From: Klebsormidium nitens
Lineage: Eukaryota > Plantae > Klebsormidiophyceae
Reading direction: 5' to 3'
NCBI GenBank assembly: GCA_000708835.1
Contig: DF236973.1
Span: 1-64,000 of the forward strand
Length of the DNA stretch: 64,000 bases
The notes beneath the pieces were generated by a model. The model was not told the DNA's origin. It saw nothing but the letters and a program-made list of their open reading frames with translations, and did not search any database. A program made the position numbers and the translations under genes. Positions 37,501 through 48,989 of the stretch are shown here, piece by piece (the first letter of the stretch is position 1; every line of letters begins with the position of its first letter).

Positions 37501-38953
37501 CACAGCAAAATCAGCCAAAATGGGGAAACATCTTTGTCGCATCAAGCAGCGCCGTTCTCCTTCGGTCCACAAGTGCAAAAACGACGGCCAATCCATTCTT
37601 AGGTCTCCATGTTCGGCGAACTGTGAGATTCAGATTTTGGGAGATGATGATCGACGAACATGAGACTTACCGATTGCGTGATGACCACCCACTGTCGGAC
37701 GTCATATGTTAAGGATAGTGACGCGCCCAGCGATTCTGTTGCAGGCCAAGAACGGCTACCGAGACAAACTGCAACAGATTCGCGCCAACACCCTCCGCCA
37801 CCCGCTGACCGACGCTGACGTGGCAACAGTAGCGTGCGCCGCACTTTTCGAGGACCTCTCGGGTGGCGACTGGCAAGCGGCCGCCGCCACCTACGAGGAC
37901 GCCCTCAACCTAGGATTGCCCGGGAAGCGCGCCAAGAGCCCCCAGTACGAAAAATTAGTCCAACGGTATATACAAACCCTGGCGCAAACCCCCGCTAAAC
38001 CCGCCCGGCAGCGGCAGGCGGTCCTCCGGGGCCTGGCGACATTCCCGAAAAACCCGGAGCTGTTGAGTGCGCTCGTGCGGGGCGAGGCGCACCAGGCGCT
38101 CGCGAACCGGCTGCGGCGCTACTTTGACACGGAGGGCGCAAAGGCGCCATCGACGGTTGGGTGGCTGTTCGCGCTGGCTTGCGAGATGGGCCGCCCAGGT
38201 GCGGCGGCGCGCATCCGGAGCCTCTTCGAAAGGTGGGTTTGTTTGCGTGCGTGGGAACTTTCGGTCAGCCACTTGTTGTGCAGCTGGTTTCGGGGCACTG
38301 GTCTTTGATTCTTCTTATTACTAAGTGCTTCTGAAGGCTACTGGAATGGGAAAGCGAATGGCAGATCGAATCTTTGCAGGATGATATCTTGCACGCAAAG
38401 GGGGCCGGATCTCATGTAGCACAGATGTTGAGAATCTGAGTCGCACAGGCTTGCCTCCTTATGCTGCTGATCTCCTTAAATGGTAGTTCGTGACTGCTGT
38501 CTGATAACCTCCACCAGTCGTCGAAAGCCTGCTTTATGCCACCGTTGGCCGAGTGACGTTGCCCGAAGACATCTGAGAAGTTTTTGAACAACACAGTCGA
38601 GAATTGAGACAATTGTGCGTGATCCTTTGTGCAGAGCGTTATCGACGCATGAGACAAGCCAGTCGGTCGTCCTGTGGCGAGCCTACTTGGCGTACGAAGT
38701 GGAAGCGCTCAAGCAGCCGTCCCGACCGTCCGATCGTCCGGATGCTGCGCGAAGAGTCTTTTTCCGGGCGTTGCATGCGTGCCCTTGGGCAAAGACGCTG
38801 TGGCTAGACGGGTTCAAGCGCCTGACGGAAGCGGGGGCGCTGACAGGGAAGGAGCTCGGCGACCTGTGCGAGACGATGATAGAAAAGGAAATGAGAATCA
38901 GGACGGACATCTACGAGATCTTACTGCAGGAGACAGAAGCAGAGAACTTATGA
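31570..38953 (+). CDS. NRDE2: NRDE2-like protein (HAT-repeat nuclear RNA surveillance/splicing factor), ~1217 aa, 9 exons
   Basis: Exons 31570-31584, 31892-32508, 32796-32892, 33424-33506, 34075-34372, 35210-35485, 35873-37333, 37745-38232, 38635-38953 sum to 3654 nt in frame. The N-terminus is basic and low-complexity. Characteristic segments are YYFDTKGDRDNLAFGSLYRLDVARY, RYWGPGHAL..KKLKR, RTRDFNELTR..LQGWLDFAAFQD, FEWQTGHHELAVGLLQAQAEY, FWDSEAPRIGE and C-terminal RVFFRALHACPWAKTLWLDGF..EKEMRIRTD. Confidence 0.9.
34790..35280 (+). repeat. Three tandem copies (~190-200 bp) of an NRDE2 acceptor plus exon start; two are intronic decoys
   Basis: CTGCAG|GCGC..GAT.A..ACC... occurs with the AG ending at 34819, 35019 and 35209 (true exon). 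The middle copy translates ALDYHPDSDELLLAYLTASA* versus the true ALDHHPDSDELLLAYLTASAQ. Confidence 0.9.
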
Positions 38954-39343
38954 AACGAAAGCTGCCGCCTTTTATTATGAGATCACCGCGAATTACTGCA
39001 GCGCTTTGCATCCGATTTCACTAGCGTCTCCAACGAAATGGCGGAACTGATTTAACGTGATCATGTACTGAATGTAGCTAAGCGGTGAAGTCTTTCAGGA
39101 GAAAGTGATTCAGCCCTGAATGTCTCACGGATCAAAAGGGTTTGAAGGGGAGTAATCCATGCTTCTTGTTAGCAGACAGCCATTGAAGAGGGCCAAATTC
39201 TGAGATGATAGTTAACGGGTTGCTATATACTACCTGAACTTCAAAAGAGGCGCTGCTGATAGGTAGGTCATGTATTCTAGCTGAAACTGCAAGGAAGAAA
39301 TTCAGCCCAATGAGCTAGATCTATTTTGCAACCGCATATAATA

Positions 39344-39650
39344 AAAGTCGCCGTTTGCAAATTGTCGAGACGTTCTGCCGGTCTCACATGTCCGCGTCTC
39401 TTCAAGAGCTACTACTATATATGCAGCGCAGGATATAGTATATACTGCACTTCCCTGCAAGCTTCCGTGGTCTTAGCGTGATTGGCGTCCAACAATAATA
39501 CAAAGTCGCCTTTTGCAATTTTTCGAGACGTTGATATCTGCCGGTCTACATGTCCGTCTCTTCAAGAAGCTGCTATGTAGCGCAGGACTTATCCTATACT
39601 GAACTTTTCGAGCAAGCTTCCATGGTCGTGGCGTGCTTGGCGTCCAACAA
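39344..39650. repeat. Degenerate 158-bp tandem duplication between NRDE2 and the array
   Basis: AAAGTCGCC..TTGCAA..TCGAGACGTT..ACATGTCCG..CTCTTCAAGA..GCAAGCTTCC..TTGGCGTCCAACAA starts at 39344 and again at 39502. Confidence 0.85.
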
Positions 39651-40427
39651 GTGCTCGGATCCCGGAGTCCTCAGCACGCGGCCGCGCCCGCCCCAGCTAT
39701 GGATAATGGCCGCAATTTGATGACGAAATGATTGCGCCAGCTACCTTCCAGGTGGAGGCATAAGATTGGTTCAAAGTTGGGCGACTCGAGCTCAAAGATT
39801 CCAACTTCCGCCTTGCTTGTGGCCCGTGAAAGACGGGCATCACAGGTAGGCGGTAGACTCAGCCTGGGTGCGGCCGTTCCACTAGTTGGCCGGCAACTGG
39901 AAGACCGGAGATCTGTACCGAGCAACATTGGGCTGAGTCACTCTCTAATCATTGCTGGCCTTGACTCACGAGGGCCGAGTCACCCGCAGCATCATGAGCA
40001 TGCATGTGGGATCACCCAGCTTGCAAAGCAGCAAGGCGGCATTGAACCAGCCACATTGCGCGACCAGAGTTGTGAAAGACTACCGGTATAGGCAATTGAA
40101 GGTGCTTCATTGAAACCCTGAAGGGTGGCGCCGATTGGCTTGGATGACAATCAACAGCAGGGTTCTTTAAATGCTGGCTGAGTCGGCTTCGTTGCTCCTC
40201 ACCAACTCTTTTGAGCTCCACCCATAATCCGTTTGCAGTGCGTAGCAGCTGCGCCAGGGGCATTGACCGCTGCTCTGCATTCCACAAGGCAATCTTCACT
40301 TATTGGCTGCACGGCACCAGCGCGGATAAAGACGTCTGCTCTTGCAAAGCACAACGCTGCTCGTCGTTCTGTTCCGCAGTGTCAGGCAACTAGTGAAAAA
40401 TAGCGGGCGTTATTGCAGCGCTATGCA

Positions 40428-43400
40428 ATGGTGGCTTTCAACAACAACGTGGCGTTTGTGCTGCTGGCATTGCTCGCATTGTATGGGGCCAAGCCGGCGC
40501 AGGGGCAATCTCCTGTGTCACTGTCATGCCCTCCCGGGTATCTGGTGCAAGCTGCCCGTAACGTCCCAACGTAAGCATTTATAATGCAAAAGTATGTTGC
40601 TTGAATTTCAGAGCTGCAGGTTTCAATTGCCCTCTTCTTCGCAAAGTCATTTGCCGCAGTAAGTTTATGCAGATTTGGCTCTAGTGGCAGAACTTGAATC
40701 TACTCCTCCAAGTTTTTACATGGGTATTCTATGTGCCTTTTCAACAGTGCACAGACCATATTTCGGGTCACAGGCGCCACCCCAATGCCGCAGGTTCACG
40801 CCATATTCAGGAATGCTGTAGAGTGCCAATCTCTGAACACAATTCAAAGAAGTGAGACTCCTGGGTTAGGAGGCATTGGTGTGTTGAGCTTTGAGACAAT
40901 GGCATGCAGTGTGTGCAGGTCTTTGGCAAGCTACTCACTTTCTTTTCTTGCTCTTTCAAAGGTATACATGCACGACCGACCCCTGTTATGAGAACCCTTG
41001 TGGTCCTGGTGAGTACGCTCTGATGCTTCCACTTCGTTGTTTTTGGGAATAAGCAAGCATCCCCTATCCCGCTTAAGTCAAACCAGCATACTGCAGACAC
41101 GGTATTATTAAGATAGAGCTGGTGAAGATAATGCAGGAACGAAACCCCTCAGAACGAATGCCTGCACTGACCAGCACTGAGCAGACCTTAGGCTGCTTCG
41201 ATCCTGCTTTCACCAGGCTGCTTTTGTCTGAGCTGCAAACACAATTTCTCTCTGACGCCGCTGAATTGGGGGTGCTCTGAGGTGCCTCTGCCATCGCACA
41301 CTTAAAGTGCAGTCAAGCTTGCAAGGAGTTTGCGTTGTGTGCTGCAAAGGGATTCCCTCCATCAATCTGTCTGGTTAAAGAAAAGTCGTTGCTCAAACAT
41401 TCTCCTTCTCATCCTGCAACAAGCAATGCCTGCTCTTGGTTGCAGGTAACACCTGCGACTACTTTCAGAACGTTTTTGGAGTGATTGCAAACTGTACGGT
41501 GTGCAATCCTCCCTACACGCGGAGCGCCTATGTCATTGGCTTTCCGTATTTAGTGCCCACAGGGGTCTGCTACTTGCCCGGTGAGTTGCGACAAGCTGGA
41601 TTCACCGCTCCGGCAACCCGTTAGGCTTGCAATCTGCTCAAATGGGCACCACACTTGTGCATATAACGAGGCTGAATTGACAGCAGTCTCTTTCCTGTCA
41701 ACTCCCACATTGAGTGGCCAGTACCATGATGGAAATCTTCAGCACTTCCCCAAGAGGTTCTTCGGGAAAGCCTTCAGTACCTTAAAGAAAGGGTCTTGGT
41801 CGTAGGGAAAGTGCTGGCTCTCACTCTACCTGAAGTGAAGAGGACTTAAATACTTGGGATCTGTCTTTGCAGGCCAAGACGTATGCAACCCCAACCCCTG
41901 CCAGAATGGTGGCGTTTGCTCTTACAGAACAGACGGTTCAGGACAGCCCGTGACTGACGAGCAAGGGACCAAGTTTGTTTTCCAGTGCAACTGTAGCAGC
42001 ACTGGCAAGACTGGGCGAACTTGTACCGACGAGTGAGCCCCTCCCTTATAAGAGAACTCGGCAGGCTTGATTCTGCAGGCCCTTCATAACTTCAATCCAT
42101 CATCTGAGGCCTTTTTCATGCATCTTCCAGCTTGGCAAAGCTTGAATCTAGCTGCGAGGTTAGCATGAATCTGGACCAGCTAACCTGCCGATGACCCACG
42201 TCAGCGATGTCCGCTGTGCTGGCAAACCAGCGTGTGCAACCAAATCCGCTTGAAGAGCAATGGCACCTTCAGTAGTTCATTTATTGTTCGAGGGCATCTT
42301 GCTTTCAGTAATCTGTCGACTTTTCTAGACATCTGAGGCGTTAATATCCAGAAAGAGGAGGCACCCAAAACGGGCTGCTTTCAGGTCTTTATACTGCACT
42401 GCTTTGGTGTTTATCAATCTGAGCCTGGACTAACTCGTTGCTCGCAACAAACCGCATGGCCCCGCTCTTGGTCACAAAGGAATCGTACGAAAATTGTTTT
42501 CACTCCTGGCCGCCTCGATGTTTGATCAACTGGCTTTAATTCCTCAGCATAACAAACCCTCTGACGTCCATTTGGGCTTCCTTGGCAGACAATCGTTCCC
42601 CCCTAACAACTGTGTCTCCTCCTCCTCAGGATTGTCCAGACTCCCAGACCGACTGCTACCGTCAACGGCGTTTCGGGACCACTTGCGTTTCCCGGTGAGG
42701 CGCTCTGACCCCTCCACCTCGTTCAACGTTGAGATAGGCTTAGTCCTGCTCTGGCGAATCATGAGGCAGTCGCTCTTGGGAGAAATTGCTCAAGATTGAG
42801 AAAGTCTTGTGGTCGATTCATCCACGTCGAAAGTCAGCTCACCGCGTTTCCGCTCCAGCAGGACCGAATTACTGTTGTCTTTGCGCAACTCATTTTGCTG
42901 CAGTCACTTCTCGTGAGACGCTTGCTTGCTTATTTGGCTTCCCCCAGAAGTACCGCCTGCTTGCTTCAAGCATCGCCTTAAGTCTGGTTGAACCTTAGAG
43001 CGAGATTTTGTCGCAAGTCTGTTAAGGCAAAGAAATCCATTGGTTTCACAACGGGACGATGTCTCAGATCCAGCCTTTAGACATCAACAAGATAAGCAAC
43101 ATCTGTCCCATCATAAGGTACGGCAGAGCACATAGGGTAGTTCGTTACTCATGAAGGCCAGCGGCAGCTAACCCACCTCGGGTTGGTGGTGAACCACTGG
43201 TGGTAACGGGCTGGTTAGTTGCTGGTCTTTCGTTCAAAAAGCAGCTCAAGGTCGTACCCAGGATTGTAACAAGGCTACAGCTCGGTCTTGTCCCCGCTAA
43301 CTAGACACGTGGCTGGTTATCCAGCCTGGTTAGTCGCAAAACCCCCCGCAGCTGACCGTCTGAACCCTCCACTCCTTACAGCCGGGGTCTGCGGTGGTAC

Positions 43401-45984
43401 TTCGATCGGGTGCATTTACGCTGACGGGAACCATTATCTTTGCTGCACTGGAACCGCGAGCGGTACCGGGTTTTCCGAGTGCGGTCCCCTTGGTCCCGAC
43501 GGTGTACCCGTCTGCCCTGGCGAGACTTTCACGCCGACTCCCAACGATTACCCCCCGCCGGTTCCGGCGCCAACTCCTCAGCCCGAGGTTCCACTGCCAA
43601 CCGGTGATCAGGGTAAGCGCCACGTCAAGGGTGTTTGTATTGTGCCGACATTCAAGATTTTTGGGGCGTCTACTTCAACTGACTCACTGCTTCTTATTGA
43701 TGATCTGGAGAACGTGTTGTAATCTCCACGGACTTCCGAAGTGTTGTTTCAGTCTTTCTTGTCAGACTGTCAGCCGCTTCTGAACGGCATGTCTTCGAGC
43801 GAAACGGTGCCGCTCTCCGTACTCTGCTTCTGCTCTTGGCCGTCCGTAACCCTTTATTTACACCGTATATTCCGCTTGCATTTTGACACCTTAGAGCTTG
43901 ACCTGGAGAGCCTAGGACCTTAATGTCAATCAATGAGTTCTGCTTGGTTCATGCCCTGTGAAAGCATTGTCGTTCTGAAGTCGAGAACGGTCCTTTGTGC
44001 GTCATCTCGTGCTGTCCGCTTGATGCCGGGGCGATGAAAGAGAGGTCGACCCTTCCGCCCCTTCGAAGGAAATGCTCGCTCGAAGACGTCTGCTCTCATG
44101 AGCTTCTGATCTCTTCCTTTTCAGGGGTTTGCGGCAGCGGACCCGCGGCTGACTTCCCCTTTCGCTGCTGGTTCAACAACGACCCCCAGGGCCGCTACGT
44201 GTGCTGCGACGCGGGAGGCTGCAACGGCTTCAATCCTGGCCTCGGGACGCCGCGCTGCAGAGACAACGGCTACGTGCCGCCCAACAACGGAGTGGGCGGG
44301 CCGACCCCCCCGAGCACTCCCCCGAGCACTCCCCCCAGCACTCCCCCCAGCGGAGATCAGGGTACGTGAAAACCAGCGACCAGTCTCTTCCGGGTTGTGT
44401 TGGTCCCAGGTGCCGTTGATTGTGTCAGAATCGACTAATGCCCAGATCGCAATGAGGTAGCTTCTGAATGCGAGAAGCAGAGGTTGGTTATGATCCTGGA
44501 GTACGCCAGTCACGCGCAAGCAGGAAGTAGGCTTTCAAGCAGGTAGCAAATTAGTCGGACTAGCGCCCGGCCCTGCTAGATGTATTTTGGCACGGGCTCT
44601 GAGGCTGCCCAAAGGGCTCGTAGGCGTCCAGTCCTTCTGCAAAGTTTTGGCCTTTGATCACTTTGTTTCTGGTTTCTTTCCTCTCTGCTCCAGGGAGCAG
44701 AAGCGCCCTTGTGGCAGACTTTTTACGACGTGGACGCCACCCTCGCTCGGGTCAGCGGCGCCCTGTTCAAGAAAGCCTCATCTTGACTGATGCCAGTTCG
44801 TCGTTTTCCGTCAGGAGTTTGCGGGGGCGGGGCTGCGTCTGACTTCCCGACGCGCTGCTATTTCAACAACGACCCGCTTGGGCGTTACGTGTGCTGCGAC
44901 GGGCAGGGCTGCGACGGCTTCAACGCCGACAACCTGACGCCGCACTGCAAAAACTTCGGCTACGTGCCGCCCAACAACGGACTGAGCGGGCCGACCCCCC
45001 CGAGCACTCCCCCGAGCGGTCCCCCCAGCGGTCCTCCCAGCGGCTCTCAGGGTAAGCCACGTGTCCTGCACTTGGAGGTCCGGCCTCGGTCTGAGCGGTC
45101 CTGGTCTTCCGGTTACTTCCGGTAACTCGCCGAGCACATCTAGACACGGACCTAAGAGTCGATTGCTCACTTGAATACACTTTAGTCCCAATGAAAGCCG
45201 TGCCGGTTTTTTCAAGTGTTCTCAAAAGGGATCACGTACGAGCCCCATCTTACCAGAGACATTGGCGACCTTCGAGCACTGCCGCAAGCCCAGACTCGCA
45301 GCCCTAAGATCTGCATCCAAGCCTTCGTCTTTCATTAAAGTCAGGTTACTCTCTTTTCTTTGACTTTTTTGAGGATTGCGTTTTAAATCTGAACACACGA
45401 CCTGATCGAGGCAAGTCATCGGCTGCGTGGGCAGGCAAACGCTTGCTTTGCGGATTATTTCGACCCTCGGCTACTTGTGTCTAGAGGCCAGGCGTCGGAA
45501 ACGATTTCCTTTGAACCCCAGGAAAACGAAAGAGCGACCGTTTCAGCACTTTGAAATAGCAAACTTTGTGACGAGCGTCTTCCTTTCCCGTCTTAAACAA
45601 GTAGCCGGGAACGCTTTCTCGATAAAGAACGTGGCCGAGATCGTTCAGCGCAAGACTACAAAGTTCCGTTTGGTTCCGCGTGCTAGGCCACCGAGGTCGC
45701 TGCCTGCGAAATCGCATCCCTTACGAAGACCCGAACACGCAGTGCGCGCATCCATATTTGCATTACGCTCTTCGACTCACAGCTGCCTTGATTTCGTACC
45801 CTCTGCAGGCGTGTGCGGAACGGGTGGTGCCACAGACTTCCCGGTGCGCTGCTGGTTCAACAGCGACCCCCAGGGCCGCTACGTGTGCTGCGACAACGAC
45901 GGGTGCAACGGGTTCAACCCACCGGATTACTCGTTCCCCCGCTGCAAGACCAACGGTTATGTGCCCCCTGGGTTCGGAGTCTAG
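40428..45984 (+). CDS. Secreted EGF-like + tandem six-Cys (knottin-like) module protein, array copy 1 (476 aa, 9 exons)
   Basis: Exons 40428-40570, 40962-41008, 41446-41580, 41873-42032, 42630-42694, 43382-43612, 44125-44361, 44815-45051, 45809-45984 are all GT-AG and sum to 1431 nt in frame. Signal peptide MVAFNNNVAFVLLALLALYGAKPAQG. EGF-like domain CNPNPCQNGGVC..CNC..TGRTC. Four C-C-CC-C-C modules with PSTP linkers. The exon structure is replicated in two paralogs. Confidence 0.9.
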
Positions 45985-46871
45985 TCAACTGGTCAACGAC
46001 GTTCCTATCACACGCATCCTAAAGTTTTGCACCGTGTTCCGCTGGTTAGTGCGTGCAACTTCGAAACAGTAGCTATTTATTGTCGAGGGCCCCCTTACCA
46101 CTATTATATGGTTCGCTTTTGGTAGCCCGGCTGGTCCGACTTACGATATGTAGAGACCCTTATAAGTGCGGAATAGGTGGAGGTGTTCAACCAGAACAAC
46201 CAAGGCACACCCGGAATAAGGCCAGCTTATGAAACCTTAACGAGTCGTTTCTTGGCATAAAGGAATCTTTTACAAGTTCAAGTACCTAGATTGCTGTCTT
46301 TCAACAGATAGGCAAATGGACTCGTGATCCTTGATCCAACGTCGAATGCGAGAATCCGAGTTGTCGTAGTTATCAGTGTCCCATGTACCTAGAGTATTGA
46401 TGACGCAATCATCTGAAAGAGGGGTGTCCAGCTTAGAAGTCCATCATTTAACCCACCAACACTGACACAATACCCGGAGTCACATTAGACAGCTAACTTG
46501 GCAAGGTGCAGAATTCTTTAAAAGCCTCTTTGTCATATATCGCACTGTTGCTTAACGATCGTGTTGCTTGACACAACGCCATCATCACATGCAATCAAAA
46601 CAGAAGTCACTGCAATTTGCACTTCCTCATGCTCGTCAAGCAAAGATATCTAGGATTAGCACTTCTGATCACACGTCTAACACAGACAATGCATGGTGCT
46701 ACTTGTTTGCCCTTGCCTCGTCCCCAATGGGGACTCCTAGGTAACTTCCCGAAGTTGAGTTACATAAGTGTAATTTAGGTACTTCTTACATTTTAGATGA
46801 TGTGCTAGTTTCGGATTAGTCAATTGCCAGGGAGTTGCAACTCTTAAAACTCTTAAAGCAATGCGTAATTT

Positions 46872-47445
46872 GCCAAACCAACTCAATGTTAAAAAGCAAG
46901 TGCAACATGAGCATCTCACACGACCGGAAGCGGCGGCCGTGAAAACTTGACAATGGCCTCGCACTTTGATAGTGCTCTGTACTCGTGCGGCCCTTTTGAG
47001 GTTTAAAGCTCTGGAAGGGCTTGGAAGCTAGCACGCGGGTCTTCCTGGCTATGACTACAAAGCAGCAAAGGAATAATGGCGGCAGGTCTTGATAACGAAA
47101 TGGGGCCTCCCTTTTCGATTTGAACTTGAACCTTCAAGGTCAAAGCTCAACGACGTGCCACGTTGGCGGGTGGTAAAGGAATTAGCCAATAGTCTCTCGA
47201 ATAAAGGTTTAGCCTTACCGCGAAGCTGCAGTGACATACCGGTACCAATACAACAATACAACAACAACAATATACAAAGCATGGCGTTGGCCAAGCCAAC
47301 TCAATGTCAGAAAGTGAGTGCCATGCAGCACCTCAAATGTCAATAATACGACCAGAAGCGGCGGCTGTGAAGAGATCCCCACGGCCGACGAAACCTGACA
47401 ACGCCAATGGCCTCGCACCTAATGTGCTCTGAATTGCTCGTGCGG
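46872..47445. repeat. Degenerate ~120-150 bp direct repeat in the copy 1-copy 2 spacer
   Basis: GCCAA(A/G)CCAACTCAATGT..CGACC(G/A)GAAGCGGCGGC..CAATGGCCTCGCAC..CTCGTGCGGC at ~46872-46990 and ~47289-47445. Confidence 0.7.
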
Positions 47446-47762
47446 CTCTGTGATGGATAGCTCTGGCCTGGCTGCGCTGCAAGCTAGCTGACCGAGACGC
47501 GCTGCCTATAGTATCGCAGCAGCCGTGATGCCTCCTCGATCTCCAATCTGGCACAGGGAGGCACTGCATGATTGCGCCAACTACCTTCCAGGTGGAGGCA
47601 TTGGATTGGTTCAAAAAGCTCGACGACTCGAGCTGAAGATTCCGCCCAGTGAAAGACCGCATGACAGTAGGCGGTAGGCACAGCCGGGGGCTGCGGCCGC
47701 CCCAATTTGAGATACAACGAGAGACCGGAGATCTGTACCGAGCAATGGGCTAAGTCACTGAG

Positions 47763-48531
47763 GCAAAAGGGACAATCTACACTATTATATTAGTGTCTCC
47801 GGTCGATCTGTCAGAGTAAATACTCTCACAGGGCGTCAATCTGTGCAGGCATTGGCTAATGGTCTGACATGTGTCAGAGTGATCTGTTTGCTTGGATGCG
47901 GGAGTCCTCTTTGACCGGGCACCGGCATGGTACCGAGCTACTTCCCTTGGGACCTCTCAGTTTCCCGGTGACACGGCATACTGCACACTGCACAGTCACT
48001 GCCTTTTCACTCACAGTCACAGTCACAGTCACAGTCTAGGTACCTCTTAAAGTGTCCAGTGTCAAGACTCAAGACCCACAGCATGAGTTACAGTTGGTTT
48101 TCGGCAGGTAAAAAAGCGCCGCAGCTTACGGTCACAATTAAGGTTTAAGGTGTCTCAGTCTCAGTCACAGTTACAGTCTCAACCACAGTCACAGTCACGT
48201 CAATCATAAAACAAAGTTAACAGTCACAGTCACCCGATAACAGTCTCAACCACAGTCACAGTGTCAATCATAAAACAAAGTTAACAGTCACAGTCACCCT
48301 ATAACCCTATTAGGTAGCTTGAAAAGATTCAAACCTGATTGACACAGAAAGATGTGGCGGTCGTCTAGCTACCCGGCCAGCGATAGCAAGTGCCCAGATG
48401 ACCGCTGTGCAGGTGTGGTACCTACCGGCCAGCTTCATAGATTTGTTCATTTATGGTCGCGGCACGGGAGGGTGTTAACACCGAAGATTTTCCGGAGACA
48501 CTAATATTATAGTGTACTTTGTCCTACTTGC
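47763..48531. mobile_element. Non-autonomous Mutator-like (MULE) element, 769 bp, ~40-bp TIRs, 9-bp TSD
   Basis: TSD GTCACTGAG at 47754-47762 and 48532-48540. TIRs 47763-47802 and 48492-48531 match at 34/40. The interior has (CACAGT)n and a ~60-bp direct repeat (48173-48235, 48240-48299). The element is absent at the homologous site upstream of copy 1. Confidence 0.8.
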
Positions 48532-48989
48532 GTCACTGAGCCTCGAGGCCCAGGTGAATCATAGAGTCATAGGTAGAGTGACTAGAGTCACCCGCAGCAT
48601 CATGACTCCATGAGCATCATGGGGCATAAGAAACGGGATCACCTTGCAAAGTCGCAGGTGGCAGGCCGCAGCACTGTTGCGCCAGCAGTCTCAGTTGATA
48701 TGTATGAGCACTACAGTTGGAAAAAGGAAAGGCGCTCCACTAGAATCCTGGAGGGTAGCGCCAATTGGCTTGAATGATGTCAAATTGTCAATCCACAGAT
48801 AGTGTCCTTTGAGTAGCAGGTGCGCGCCAGGGTTGATCACTGCTGCATTCCACAAGACAGTCTTCACTCATTGGCTGCAAGGCTTAAGCACGTCTCCTCT
48901 TGCAAAGCACAGCATTGCACGTCCGTCTTTCTTTCCCACAGTATCAGGCACCTAGTGAATCATAGCTGAGGTCATTGCAGCAGACCGCA

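Noticed and set aside
44125-45984. Calling the six-Cys modules CBM1, hevein or a known toxin family
   Set aside because: Loop lengths (11-11-0-4-11) and consensus do not fit CBM1 or hevein as I know them, so they are left as knottin-like and unassigned.
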